A stretch of 64,000 nucleotides of DNA, from positions 1-64,000 of the forward strand of contig DF237169.1 in NCBI GenBank assembly GCA_000708835.1, read 5' to 3'. Positions 11,209 to 23,260 of this stretch are shown piece after piece (positions within the stretch are counted from its first letter, which is position 1; each line of letters opens with the position of its first letter). The stretch comes from Klebsormidium nitens. Lineage: Eukaryota > Plantae > Klebsormidiophyceae. Both the position numbers and the translations under genes were made by a program. The notes beneath the pieces are model-generated. The model saw nothing but the letters and a program-made list of their open reading frames with translations, was not told where the DNA came from and made no database searches.

Positions 11209-14200
11209 ATGATGGATCTTAGCCGGGCCTTGAATCGTATCCTCCACCTCCAGCACCACTTGAGACCCGATGCGACTGCCACATCAGCACCGCTGGGGTT
11301 TGCTGCTGAACTTTTGGAACTTTCTCCCAGCCAGGCCCTAACGCAAAGTGGATGGCTTCCAAACAAGGGGGGCCAGCCAGTGGTGATTGGGGGCATGGTG
11401 ATGGACGTTCAGGGCATGACTGCAAAGGAGCACACGTTGCAGAGGGGAACGACCACCCCTGGAAAAGTGAGTCCCTGGTGCTTTGAACCCTCAAAATTGA
11501 GCTGATTTTTGTTCGGCGGCTCTTGATGTCAGCATTCGTGAGCCTACTGATAGGAGCGGACTACCATTCAAGGGAAAGCGCCTGATGGTTTGACCTTTAG
11601 AAGTTTAAGAGGGGCGTCTAACCAAATGGTTCCGCGGCGGGCCCCTTCGCAGTGTATTCTAATCTGCTTTCTTGCTGCCAAGAGATAAATCACGTGGTCA
11701 CGCAGTTAGTGAGTTAGAATACTGGCATACGGGTTATCTGTTATGGGTCACACGATTCCCCCTTACAGCCGCTTTCTGTCCGCTGTTGTTACTGTCAGCA
11801 TTAACGAGCTAGGTAGGAGCCCTGGAAAGTCAATCGCCTGAGTGAAGGTCTTGAGCACTTGTGAGCAGGTAAGAGACTCTGAGACTATGATATTTGTGAG
11901 CCACAAAAGTTCGAGCGCCTCCATGTGCTCGCCAGAAAGGGTTCAAGTCAGTGGTCCAGGAGTCCAGCGTGATCGTGGGACCTTCCACTTTCAGCCATGG
12001 CACACCACCCCCCCTGGGGCGTGCCAATCAGCCTCTCAATCCTCTCCCCTTGCGCATAGTCTTCAAAGCCAGTTGGCACCGCTGTCTCTAGGGCCGTCAG
12101 AGGGTTTCAATGTAAGGGCTTGTCACGCCCCGATGATTGAGCCACCTTGTAACAAAGTACTGAAGGCTGTAGGTCGAAGTTAAAGGGATCAGAGGGATTA
12201 CCATTATTGGGTGGCACAAGGTTTCCAGTATAGCATCCCTTAAAAACACTTCGTTTGTTGGCCGCACTCATGTGAAGGTGAGGATGAGCTTGAACTCAGC
12301 TGATGGTGATTTGGTTTCTTTCTGACGTTCCGGTAGAAGCTCATTAATATGCAGAGGGGTTGAAAGTCTCAACCACAATCTCTGGTAACTTGCACAGCAA
12401 CCATCTCCTAAAGGTCTCCTCCCTCCACTTCTTTCTTTGTACATTTAAGCTCTCTTTGAGCAATCCACCGGGACATCATTTAGAGAGGCCGTCAACTCCG
12501 CAGCATGCGTGTAGATAGACTTCCTTCCTCTACTCTCTGCAGGTGTTCTTTACCCATGGGGGTGTTGCAAGAAATGTTGCAGAGTGCATGGCGTGCCTCG
12601 GAGCCCCCCCTTTTCTGATCAGTGTGCTCGGACGGGATCCCCCCGGAGAGGCGATGTTCGCGCACTGGCAGGAGTTGGGGCTACCTCTGGAAGGTACGAA
12701 CAGCCCCACCTTGCTGGTTTTTCAATTCCTGCATTACTCTGTTCTTCAATGCCTTCAAGCATACCAATCAAAACGGTCCTCATAACAATGTGCAGGAGAT
12801 GGTCGAATTCTTGCTACTCTCTTCTTCTCCTTTCTGTTCTCCCTCTTAAAAATGGCACTCGGGTCATGATTCTTGCACCTCGCTGATAGCATATCATGAA
12901 GGTCTGTTGTCACCATATGGTTTCTCAAGCGTCAAATGCAAACCTATCCAGTGCTCAGGATATCAGAACAAGCGCTATCGCAACTCTTCTGCACATTCTC
13001 GAAAAGGTAAGTTGCGGTTTTTCGCTTGAGAAGCACCACCAAAATTGTCCACAGCTTAGGATCTCTGTTTCAAAACATCAAGTTGATGCGCACTGTTGGG
13101 TCAAGGTCCGTTTCAATGCTGAGGCACTTAAGCCGCCATGACCTGCTTTTAGCAGAGGCTATCTCTGTGCTGGCGCTGCTTTGACAGGGGCGTCTGAGTT
13201 TCCATGTCGACCAAGATGGGTGAGCGCCTCATCGGCGGTCCTCGGGACTAATGAGAAACGCTTCAATCAATCACGTGACGTATGCAAAGTAAAGACCGAT
13301 ACTTATCAGCTAGAGCCCCATAGTGTACTTTGGGGAGCCTAGCAGTTTTCGGTTAATGAGGAACCTAGATTGGGTCACGGTCGAAGGCGCTGCGCATCAG
13401 TGTGGAGCATGTTCTGACATCCAACCTTCCAGAAAGATCTAGGCAAGGTCGCTCGTCTTCAGGCCCCTTTGAAGTGAAATCCTGTCTCCTATCCCCACTC
13501 ACCCACGGACTGCCTTGTTGAGGTCGTTCTCCCCCTCGAGATTCGAGTGCAGTAGCTTGTTCTTTGCAGTGAACCCTTTGCGTCGTCCAAGCTGATTCGA
13601 CATCCCTATCAAGTTACAAAACCGCTGATTGATCTTGCAGGCATCCTGCGGAAGCCGGGAATCGCCACACCCATCGTATCCGCCATTCTCGACACCGGCG
13701 GCGAGATTGCTGCATCGATTGATGACATCACGGCGATCGAGGAGCATCTGACGCCGGACTGGATTCTCCGTTTTGAGGACGTCATCGCTGCAGCGCCGAT
13801 CGTAGTGTTGGACGCGAACCTGCTTCCGGATGCCATCTGGACGGCGTGCCAGAGTGAGCAACACTGCATGTTGGTTATTATTAACAGAGGAAGGATCTTG
13901 GACGTCTTAGGTTTTGCGAAGCGGCAGCAGTTCAAAGGGGTCGCGCTTCAGGGCGACCTGCTTTCAACGTTGCAAAGCTGTTCTTCGAGGGTGGCTCTTT
14001 ACTGATCGAGTTGGAGGATTCTACGTTCCCCTTTTTAACAGGCTTGAATTCTGGTTCGAACATTATTGGCGACTAACTCTCGTTCTGCTCCTCTGCACCA
14101 ATCAGAGTCTTGATCGTCGGACCTTTGGGGCGGACACATTCTGAACGAATAGTGGAGCCAGGACTCAAACCGTTCCTGTGAAGACAACAAAACTACTCAT

Positions 14201-16498
14201 TCAACTCCAACAATAGTCTCTCCAATCGGTCTGAGAGTTGGGAATTCTCCAACTTCCTCACCGCGCCCATCTGAGACATTCCATGCCCTTACCAATTCTC
14301 ACAACCTACCTTTTGCAGTCGCTGCGAAGCACGGTGTCCCGACCTGGTTCGAGCCCGTCTCTGTTAGCAAGTCGACGCGCGCCACTCGCGCGCTCAGCCT
14401 CGTCACCTTCGTCTCGCCCAGCGAAGAAGAAGTCGCGTCCATGGCGGCCGCGGCGTTTGAAGCAGCGTCCGGAAAGTTTGAATTGCCAGGACGTTCCAGG
14501 ACGTCGAAAGCGTCCCCAGCGTTCGAAGCGTCCGCAGCTCAGTCGAAGCCGGCGTCGGCCCCTTTCTTTAGAGCGTCCGAAACGTCCGGGGCGTCTGAAC
14601 CGTCCGCCGCTGCCTCGGAACTAGACCCGCGCTCTTTTCTTGGGGCGTCCGAGTCGTCTGGAAGCTCGCAAACGAGTCCACGCGTCTCAAACGGAGCGTC
14701 CGCATCCTTTTTCGGTGCTCAAGTGTCCGAAACGCCTCGACCGTCCGGATTGCGGGGCTTCCACTGCGGCTGTACTCCGTCACGTGATCCGGACGACTCG
14801 GCGTCGTTCGAAAAGAAGTTTGCGCTTGTGGGAGTAGAGGGGCTCCGACGGGAAGGTTTGGCACACTGCACTTGCGAAATATGCGGGCCAAAGTCTGCCA
14901 CGTGTAGGCCAGAGTCACAACGCGGTCGCGCGGAATCAAGCTCGGGTGATCACGGTAGTTTGAAAAGGGGATTCCGGATACAGGGCGACTTTTCGGACGG
15001 AGTCAACATTCGCGGACACTTTCGGACGGGCTCAACGGAGGCCCTCCCCTCTGTGGACGAGAGATCAAGCGGATTGCGGGAGATTCACCGGGAGACAGTG
15101 GCCGACGTCATTCGGCGGTACGAACCGGACGTCCGAAAGATCTTGGATGCGGGCGTCCGGCACGTGGTCCTGACGCTTGGGGCGAGGGGCGTGTGCGTGA
15201 GCCGGTTCGCGAACCAGGACGAATACCGGTTATCCCTACGGAACGGAACCCACTCGGAAGGGGAAGCTCAAAGCAGCAGCCCGCACCATAGTCAAGGTTA
15301 TCGGTCAGGGCCTAACGAAGATTGGAGTCATGCGGAGCGTTCAGGGAGACCAATTGCAGTTTCACGCAAAAGTGTCAGAGTTGGAACCTTAAGCTCGCCT
15401 CTCGCCACGGAACCCATACAACCCCCGCCGTTTTCTAGTCATCAAACCCCGGGTTCGTGTCAGCCACTTACCTCCGCATCTTACGCTGCCGTTCCATCTA
15501 GCGCGAGCGTCCGGCGCATCGTCCATCATCATGTTCCGGCACTGCCTGCCCGGGTGGTCGGGTTAACCGGGGCTGGGGACTCGGTTGTAGCGGGAACTGT
15601 GGCCGGGTTAGTGACGGGTCAAGCCGCTAACCCGGTCGAAGCTGCGGCGTTTGGGGTGGCGGCCGCGAAGCAGACGGTCCAGTCGGCGCAGAACGTGCCC
15701 GAAGGGTTGTCTTTGGAGTCAATAAGAGGTGAGTCCCGGTGTCCTGTATCTTTCCGTCCTTTGAAGACTTGCATTTTACCCGCCGAACGCGCCAATGTTC
15801 GCCTCTCGGCTTTTATGGGGCTTTCGAGAGGTTGGGTCATATGAGTGCTTAGTCGGCTGCTACGTGCAACGATTTTCTGTAGAAAAGCTGATATTGCCAT
15901 CATAAAACCTGGGCGGATTTTTAGAAGTGGGAAAGAGTTTCAGAAACAAAAAACATACTGAAAGTAAGCAATTTGAGAGAGATTTGAATCTAGAAAAGGC
16001 GGGCGGTTGATTTGTGAAAGTCATTTAGATAGTACTATTATCGTTTGGAATACCTTCTAAAAGGCGTGCACTTAATCAGAGAATTTTTTCGCTGGGCTTT
16101 CCAGTTAGCTCTTTTGGTGTTTAAGGCCGGTTAATAGGACGGTTCGTCTGCTCCGCGACTTGGACCTGCGCCAAGACGAATCAGGCAATCTCAAATGCTC
16201 GATACTGCCTATTACAGATGGCCTATCGACCGGCTTGGACTCTTATTCCAGTGTTTCGTATGGACGCACTGTGTTCACGACGTCAGACCTCTGTCTGTGT
16301 CCTTGGAACACCGTGCCTGTCGCATTTGCAGAGTAGAGGCGTTGTACACCTTTGAATTATCCAGACTGAGGTTGGTCAAGGGTGTGCCCATAGAGTCATT
16401 CAAGATCGAGACCCCTCTCAACTTCTTGAACCCATGCTTTGGTACGTCGTGCAGGTGATGCCGCTGTCGCTCTTAGTTTAATAGCACGCTTAAGCTAA
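11209..16498 (+). CDS. PUKI: PfkB-family carbohydrate kinase, pseudouridine kinase-like
   Basis: Exons approx. 11209-11467, 12544-12693, 13641-13852, 14319-15728, 16455-16498. They give PVVIGGMVMDVQG...GTTTPGK / VFFTHGGVARNVAECMACLG / DANLLPDAIWTAC / WFEPVSVSKS...VTFVSPSEEE / VVLTLGARGV / VVGLTGAGDSVVAG (PfkB anion hole). This matches the plant pseudouridine kinase pattern. The last exon is tentative. Confidence 0.85.
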
Positions 16499-18592
16499 GC
16501 TGCAAACGGTTTATCGGAGCATGCAAACAGCGCAACTGCCTTGAAAGCAGGTGACATGCTCGTTCGAAATAGTTCAGTAGGGCTTGTGTACTAGGCCGTG
16601 CAGCACCGGCCATGAAGCGGTGGATCGGCACACCACAGGTAGCATAAGAAACTCAATACTAAGTCGAAAGTGGGTTAATTATCAGGGTCGTTGCAGAAAT
16701 CGGTCGATTTCTAGCAACCTCATAAGAAAGTCTAGTAGCGGCGCAATCGAGCGCACGTGGTCAGATTGAGCGACTGTGTTAGATGGACTATACAACAGTG
16801 CCAGGGCTTAAGGCCGGGCACATCAATCTGCTTTGAAGACCATCGTAGTGCCTGACGTTCAGCAAGCCACATCATCGAGTCTGGCACGTGCCATGCATTA
16901 TAATGCCATAACTTATGCGCAGATCAATTGGATGACATCATGCTTCCTACAAGGCTTGTAATCACCAGCATCTTAACTGAGAGAGCTCCCGCTGGCCTCG
17001 TTTGCATATGTAATGAATGCATCACAGCCCCCATGAGAGCCTTTAGCGACTTGAACTCTGTCAGTGTCGACATTGACGAAGATTCACATGACGTCAGACG
17101 GCCCTCCTGATCCAGATTCCTTCAAGCAATGAAAGCACCCGGGAGACGGCCCCAGGCGGGCCAGGGCCCACAAGGCCTTGAAAACCGACAGTGCCTGAAG
17201 AGCCGTTCGGTTCCATACACAGGTTTCAATTGCTATAACTTTGAGAGGTACTACTGGAAAAAAGTGTCAAAGACTCCGATTGCCGTTTCTTCTGCGGTAT
17301 CGGAATTCAGGCGGGGTCTTCGTCCGAGTACTGTCGTGAAATCTGACCTACAGCTCTGGATTCCATGCAGCTGATCTTTCTGCTCCGGACTAGCTAGATA
17401 GCTTGAACTTGAAGGTAAAGCTGCGCTAAGCTGAGCAGATCGGGGCAAAGCAGCCTGAGCAGGACTCCATTGGCAGGCTTCTTGCCGCCTCTACGCCTTT
17501 GAGCTAGGGTCGTTGCATGCAGCATCGTGTCTTCTTCACTTCCGACGGGAGTTCAATAGCATCGGCGCCGCAATCAAAGTTGCCTCCTTGTCTTTCAGGT
17601 CACACAGATTGAGCTTCTTTTGGACCCATTGTGAGGCAGAGTTGCATTATCATATAGGTAGTAGCAGCCGTGTGATTCCAAATGGCTGGCACCACTGATG
17701 ATACCTCGAATGTGGCACGGTCAGGACGTTCTCTCACATCACCGGCACAGCGGGCGTCTCGAGTGCAGAGACCGGTGCAAGCTGAAGGTCAGTGGGCGTG
17801 TAGATCAGTCTATTGCTTTGATCAGAATCTGTGCGCGGAGTCCTAGCCACCAAGAAAAGCTGTCTTACCTGATCGCAGTCTGTCATGGAGATGAACCTAG
17901 CAGCGGAAGTGGTAGGAGACAAAGAATGACGACATCTTATGATTGACCATTTTCCAGGCTTTGGGTGTTCAAAATCATTGCGGGTGAAAGTGTTTCAGAT
18001 GCTAGTCCACCTCAATCTGTCCAGTGCTAGTTCAAAGTGGGCAACTTCTGCATCATGGCCCTGATACCACTTGTGTGCATCTAGCAATGTTGCTGAAATT
18101 GCAGCTCAAGATAGAACACTGTTCCTTATCGTCAACTGGTCATGTAAGACATCCTCTCTTGGCTTCTTACACACTCTTATTAGACCTCAGGAGGCAGACA
18201 AACTTTGTACCTCCCCGCGGTCATTGTCACAGAGCAACTTAACCCATGGACAAGTAACTTAGACCTCTAGTGACTGCATCTCTTCTCAAAAGCACCGCAC
18301 AAGGACTTTATTCAATACCTGTGTCATATTTGCCTTCAAGTTCCTGAAAGTCGTGAGTAGTCCATCCAATCAGCAATTGAAGTGATGCATCTTGTTTCTC
18401 TCTGGATTTACAAAGACCGTATGAACGCTGATGAGCTCAGAAAAGTCTCATCATATTATCACACATTTTCGTTCATAATTTCGAGGCAATCTTTGAATTG
18501 CTAGAGTAAACTCTAAGTGCAGCTGGGTATTTGGCTCAAGCGTCAAGCTGGCAACATTCTTGCCGCCCAACTACTTTCTTTCCCAATTGCAG

Positions 18593-21500
18593 CGGTTCCA
18601 CCCGCCAAGACTTCGACGGCAGAAGCTAAGAATGTCCCCAAGAAGTTCGACGATACCGAAGGTCTAAAGGTTATCGGAGTTCTGGTAGGGATTACGGGCC
18701 TCATTATCACAATTGCCGCTTGTATAAGCTATTCCTTGCATTGGGACAGCAATGAAGTTGAGGCGGCCTCGCTTGACAAGGCAACTGCGCTCCGCAAGGT
18801 GAGGATCGCAAAGGGAGGCTGTGACTGTCATCTTCCATGGGAATGTCTTAGTCTATCCTATTTACGTTAGACAAAAAAGGTTTTGTTTGCGAGAAACAGC
18901 AAGCCATGGTTGAAATTATATGAAGTAGAGCTTCGCCGAGGTTGGTTTTATTGAATCGATTCAACAGGAACATGCCAATTAGAATGTACGTAACACGAAC
19001 TCCTGGCGTAGCCATTATTGAAAGATGCTGAAACTTCCGAGACTGAAGTTACAGGCCTCCAAGCATCATTCCACACCAGTCACATCGTGCACCTCAGAAC
19101 GCCGAGGCTGAGTCCAGCTTTTAAGGTGACCCTACTATTATCCTCCAATCAAACACTTGATTGTGTGGATCTGAACAAAAGAACATTGAAGATTTGTTCT
19201 TCTGAAAAAACCAGATGCTGGAGTGGATGGACAAGGGCGGGGCATACGGAGCGCTGCCCCCGTCTGCAAAGGTGGAGGTTAGAGACGACCTGGGGGCATG
19301 CAAGTGCATCCGCGGTGTCGTAGCCATTGCCGACATCAAAGCTGAAGAGATCATTGCAGAGATTCCGGTGAGCAACAGCTTTCTTCTCTCGAACTTGTTG
19401 TGTTTGAAACTTGTAAACCGCTGCAGTCCCCACCAAGATTGCGGGTTTGGCAATCGAGATAGTAAAGCCACTCGAGACCCTGCTTACTCTTTTCGAGCCA
19501 ATTGATCGACCAGAAGTGTCCTAACCATGATTCTCAGACCGTCTCATTGTATTCAAGCCCTCAAACCTCACAAATTAGTCAGCCCCTATTCAACGGCAAA
19601 GGCCTGATTGATAGAGATTCACCAGTACCATCTCAACACAACCCTGCTAACCACAAGTCCTCCATCGTTGACCTTTTCGTCGATCACGTGGTCCGGCCAG
19701 ACCCTCGTTGCGTCGAGAGACCACTGACCTGTCAAAAAGCTTTCTGCTGTACCCTCTCCACCCTACCGCGCTGACCTCTAGTCACCTTTGATTGTCATCT
19801 CTTACAGCTTCTTCCGAGCAGCCTCCCGATCTTAGTGAAAATATTAGTATAACTTAGTCAATCTGTTGCTGAGTGAAATCAGTCAAGATTAGATGACACT
19901 AACAACTGGCAGGTTGATCGGGGTGAAGCTTCAAATGTGCAGTTCAATCAGACGCTCTTCACCGTTGAGGGCCAGCCCCAGCCCGCGTGTACGTCCGATG
20001 CGCAATGGCCGGTCCGGCTGGCGTCCGCACTCCTGCGGGAGAAGGCCAAGGGTCCCGCCTCGCCCTTCTACTACTACATCCAATCGCTGCCCGACGAGGT
20101 CCTCGCAGCGGTCTCGCTGGACGACGAAGACCTGAAAAGGGTGAGAAAAAGGTGTCTGGTCGACTCCCGAGATCCTTTGCGCCAGGCGGAGAATTAGGGA
20201 GAGCAGATGAAGTTTTGAGTAGCATGTTAGAGAGTTGCTACCCTCGCCTTCAACGGAAGCCGTGGCGAAGGGAACAGCCGCGACCGCCCAGTGGAACGGC
20301 ATCTCGCCACTGTGATTGCCTTTGACGATCACATACTCAAGGATTCCAAGAAAAGCACCGAACAACGGCCCGATGATCCTCAGAGCTAGAGCAAGAAGTT
20401 GCTCTTGCAGCAGGATGAGCAAGGATCCGAACGTGCGAACGCAAAACTACCGTCCACACGAAAGAATCTAGACTCTCGTAGCCGACGAAGTCCGAAGGTA
20501 GACCGGCTGAACGAGAGCAACACAGAAAAGCACCACGAACGATGCAGTTTGTTGTCGACGCAGGTCAAGTACGAGATTGGACGTACGAAGCTGGCGGCAC
20601 AGCGTCCGTGGATGCAGACTCTTCACCGCCGCTGCTCGAGAGAGGCTCCTGACCTTATTGCGCATGCCAGCTGGCACGAGTTCCGGTGGGCGGTGGCTGT
20701 GGTGCTCAGCCGGTCGTTCGCGCTCAAGGGAGTGCGCCTCGAGGTGGGGCTTTTTAATTGCGCATTCGGTCACGGCCAAACCCTGCCCGCCTGACCCAAG
20801 TTCGATAGGACCGATTGCAGAACTTGGTCGAACCCGCAGAACTTGAGCCGTTCGATTGTAACATCCCTGTGATCGAAGGCTGCAGAGTCTGCGCATCGGG
20901 CAAACTTCTGTGATCGGTTGAAATCGGACTCGGGTCAGGCGGCCAGGTTTGACCGAACGTGCAACAAACCGGTAGCGCAACGCAACATGGAGACGGAATG
21001 ATTCCGGACGGGCTCGAAGTTGACCCAATTTGCAGGCCTTATTAGGTGGCGTCTCCATTAGGCTTTCATTCGGCAAAAATTTAGTTGGTTTTTGATCGTG
21101 CCTCTCCCATGCGCAAGAGTTGGCAGAACGGAGCGCCCAAAAAAGCAGCAGGGTTGTAGCGCTTGTTCTTCTGGCCGCCCCAATTGCTGATATGGCTTAT
21201 ACTCCCCGTTGATGCAGTCTGCAGAAGGAGCGACGTCAGCAGATCGGCGGGGTGACGGCAGCGGGCTGGTGCCGCTGATGGACCTTCTCAACCACAACGC
21301 TTGGTTCAACGTAAGCACGCACGGAATACTGGTTTCCGTTTCCACTCGGGCGGAAAGGAACGTTGGCGAGCGGAACGAGCGTGGCTGTGCTTGCAAGCTT
21401 CGTTCCGTTGGGTTCCCTGCTGATCCTGGTTAGGAGCTTGTGGAGCACTTTTCCAGTTTGCCAGCCTGCGTCTAAGTGAAACGTCTTGAATGTTGAAGCC

Positions 21501-22496
21501 GTCAAAAGTGTTTGCCTGCTGCTTCACGCTATTAATTGCAGGTACTGTGCTTCCAAACCGGCAGACTAAAGGAGAATCCGAGAACCGTGTTCTTAAAGCT
21601 TCCTCTAATACGGCTTAAATAGGGCCAGAGTGTATCCTGACTGCTCTAGCGCCTTCTTACTGTTACAGGCGTTTTGGGAGACCGCCCCTGACGGCCGCTC
21701 AACCCAGCTAAAAGCAGCCCGGCACATCTCCAAGGGCGAGGAAGTCTGCGACTCGTATGGCAGGAGAGGCAACGACGACCTGCTCATAAGCTATGGCTTC
21801 GTGATCCGCGACAACCCCTCCGAATATATGGCGCTCTTTGACACCGTGGACGCTGCGATCGGCTGGCTCTTTGAGCAGTTTCCGTGTAGAAACATTCAAA
21901 AAGATGGTTCGATTGGAGATGTGGTGTCAAGACAAGCCGACTGCCGGGAGCAGGTCATGGAAGCGGTGTGGAAGGGTCTTGAGGACGTAAAATTGCACGA
22001 GATTATTGAGGGTATGAAGGCGGACCAGTCGGGATTTTACACTCTCGACATCGAAAGGATGGGGCTGTTTCAGGATGGGGATGCAGATACTCGGTTGATT
22101 GCCGCCTTCAATATTGCGTTCTCGCATCCATGCTTTTTGTGCGAAAGCCTACCAGCGGTTGCTTCGGCAAAGAGGCAGATCACGGCTAATTTTGTAGAAG
22201 CGCTTGAACATGCCAAGACGCGCGTTGGGATCCTTTCGGGGGTTGTTGAGGCAAAAGGAAGTCTAGAGAGTGACACGGTCGAAGGAAGAACCGACCTTGC
22301 GATCAAGCTCCGAGTCCTTGAGTTCTTGGAGCCGTTTGGAATCGACGTTGATGTTGACGGTGTCGCGTTTGGGCGGCAGCTAACTCACCAAAACTGGACT
22401 GGATTCAATGACAGGGAGCGGGTGCTCGAGGAGTACAACGAGAGCAAGTTGACAGTCTTGTTAGCATCATTTTACAAGACCTTTAGGTTGACTTGA
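18593..22496 (+). CDS. SET-domain protein-lysine methyltransferase, Rubisco-LSMT/SETD3-like; 5' end uncertain
   Basis: Exons approx. 18593-18798 (tentative), 19215-19367, 19913-20140, 20565-20741, 21218-21310, 21669-22496. Motifs: LEWMDKGG...RGVVAIADIKAEEIIAEIP, WPVRLASALLREKAKGPASPFYYYIQSLP, FRWAVAVVLSRSF, LVPLMDLLNHN (SET NH motif), KGEEVCDSYGRRGNDDLLISYGF. Confidence 0.85.
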
Positions 22497-23260
22497 TTAT
22501 ATGTCTGCTGAAGCACGCTGTATTGATTGCTGATAAATTATGGCCCGCTATGTCCAGGCTCGCAGCTTCCCATCGATTTTGAGTCCAGCCGTGCTTGAAT
22601 GCTAGAACCTTGAATCTACTCCAGGTGAAGTACTATGCGCTACACGCAACACACGTTCGATTTGCATCATATAAAAAGATATTTTGGTCACTTCAATGCA
22701 GAAACGTGCATGCGGCCTTCGTTTCTAGATACTCTAATCTGGTTGCAAATTGAACGGCAATCAAGCCGCATTCATTCTTGAAACTTGATTGCGGTAGGTC
22801 CAACACTCCTGGTCGCGTCCACGCATTGAGGAAATCACATGAGCACAATCCAGATTCCATGACAGCTTATGTCTAGATCGGTCGGGATTTGAGCTGTACA
22901 TACTTAAATGCCATAGTCTACCTGAAGCTATCGTTGCATCTTCTGAAGAGTTTTTACTCCTGCACAAGCTCAAAAGGCGGGCTTAAATTGGATTCATACA
23001 CAGTTACCATCGGTGTTCAAGCCCCCATGTCGGAGGAGCTTCAAGATGTTATCTGCAGCTTGTTCAGGAAAAGCTCTACACGAGCAGCAGTTCTTGCAGG
23101 AGCTGTGCAAGAGCTGTGCAAGACGCGTTACTAACTGCTTCGTTGACCTCCAGCCTAAAGCTGTCGCAAGAGCTCTGCCCAAAACAGAGCTTGGCCAACC
23201 AGATCACATGCAATTTTGACTGCCCACACAAGACCATCTCATCATCTACTGAATTCAAAG

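Noticed and set aside
17480-17800. Ulp1/C48 protease-like words on the minus strand (WNH…PERQGGNFDCG)
   Set aside because: The motif is too short, is interrupted by a stop, and the catalytic spacing is unconvincing; it cannot be supported without a search.
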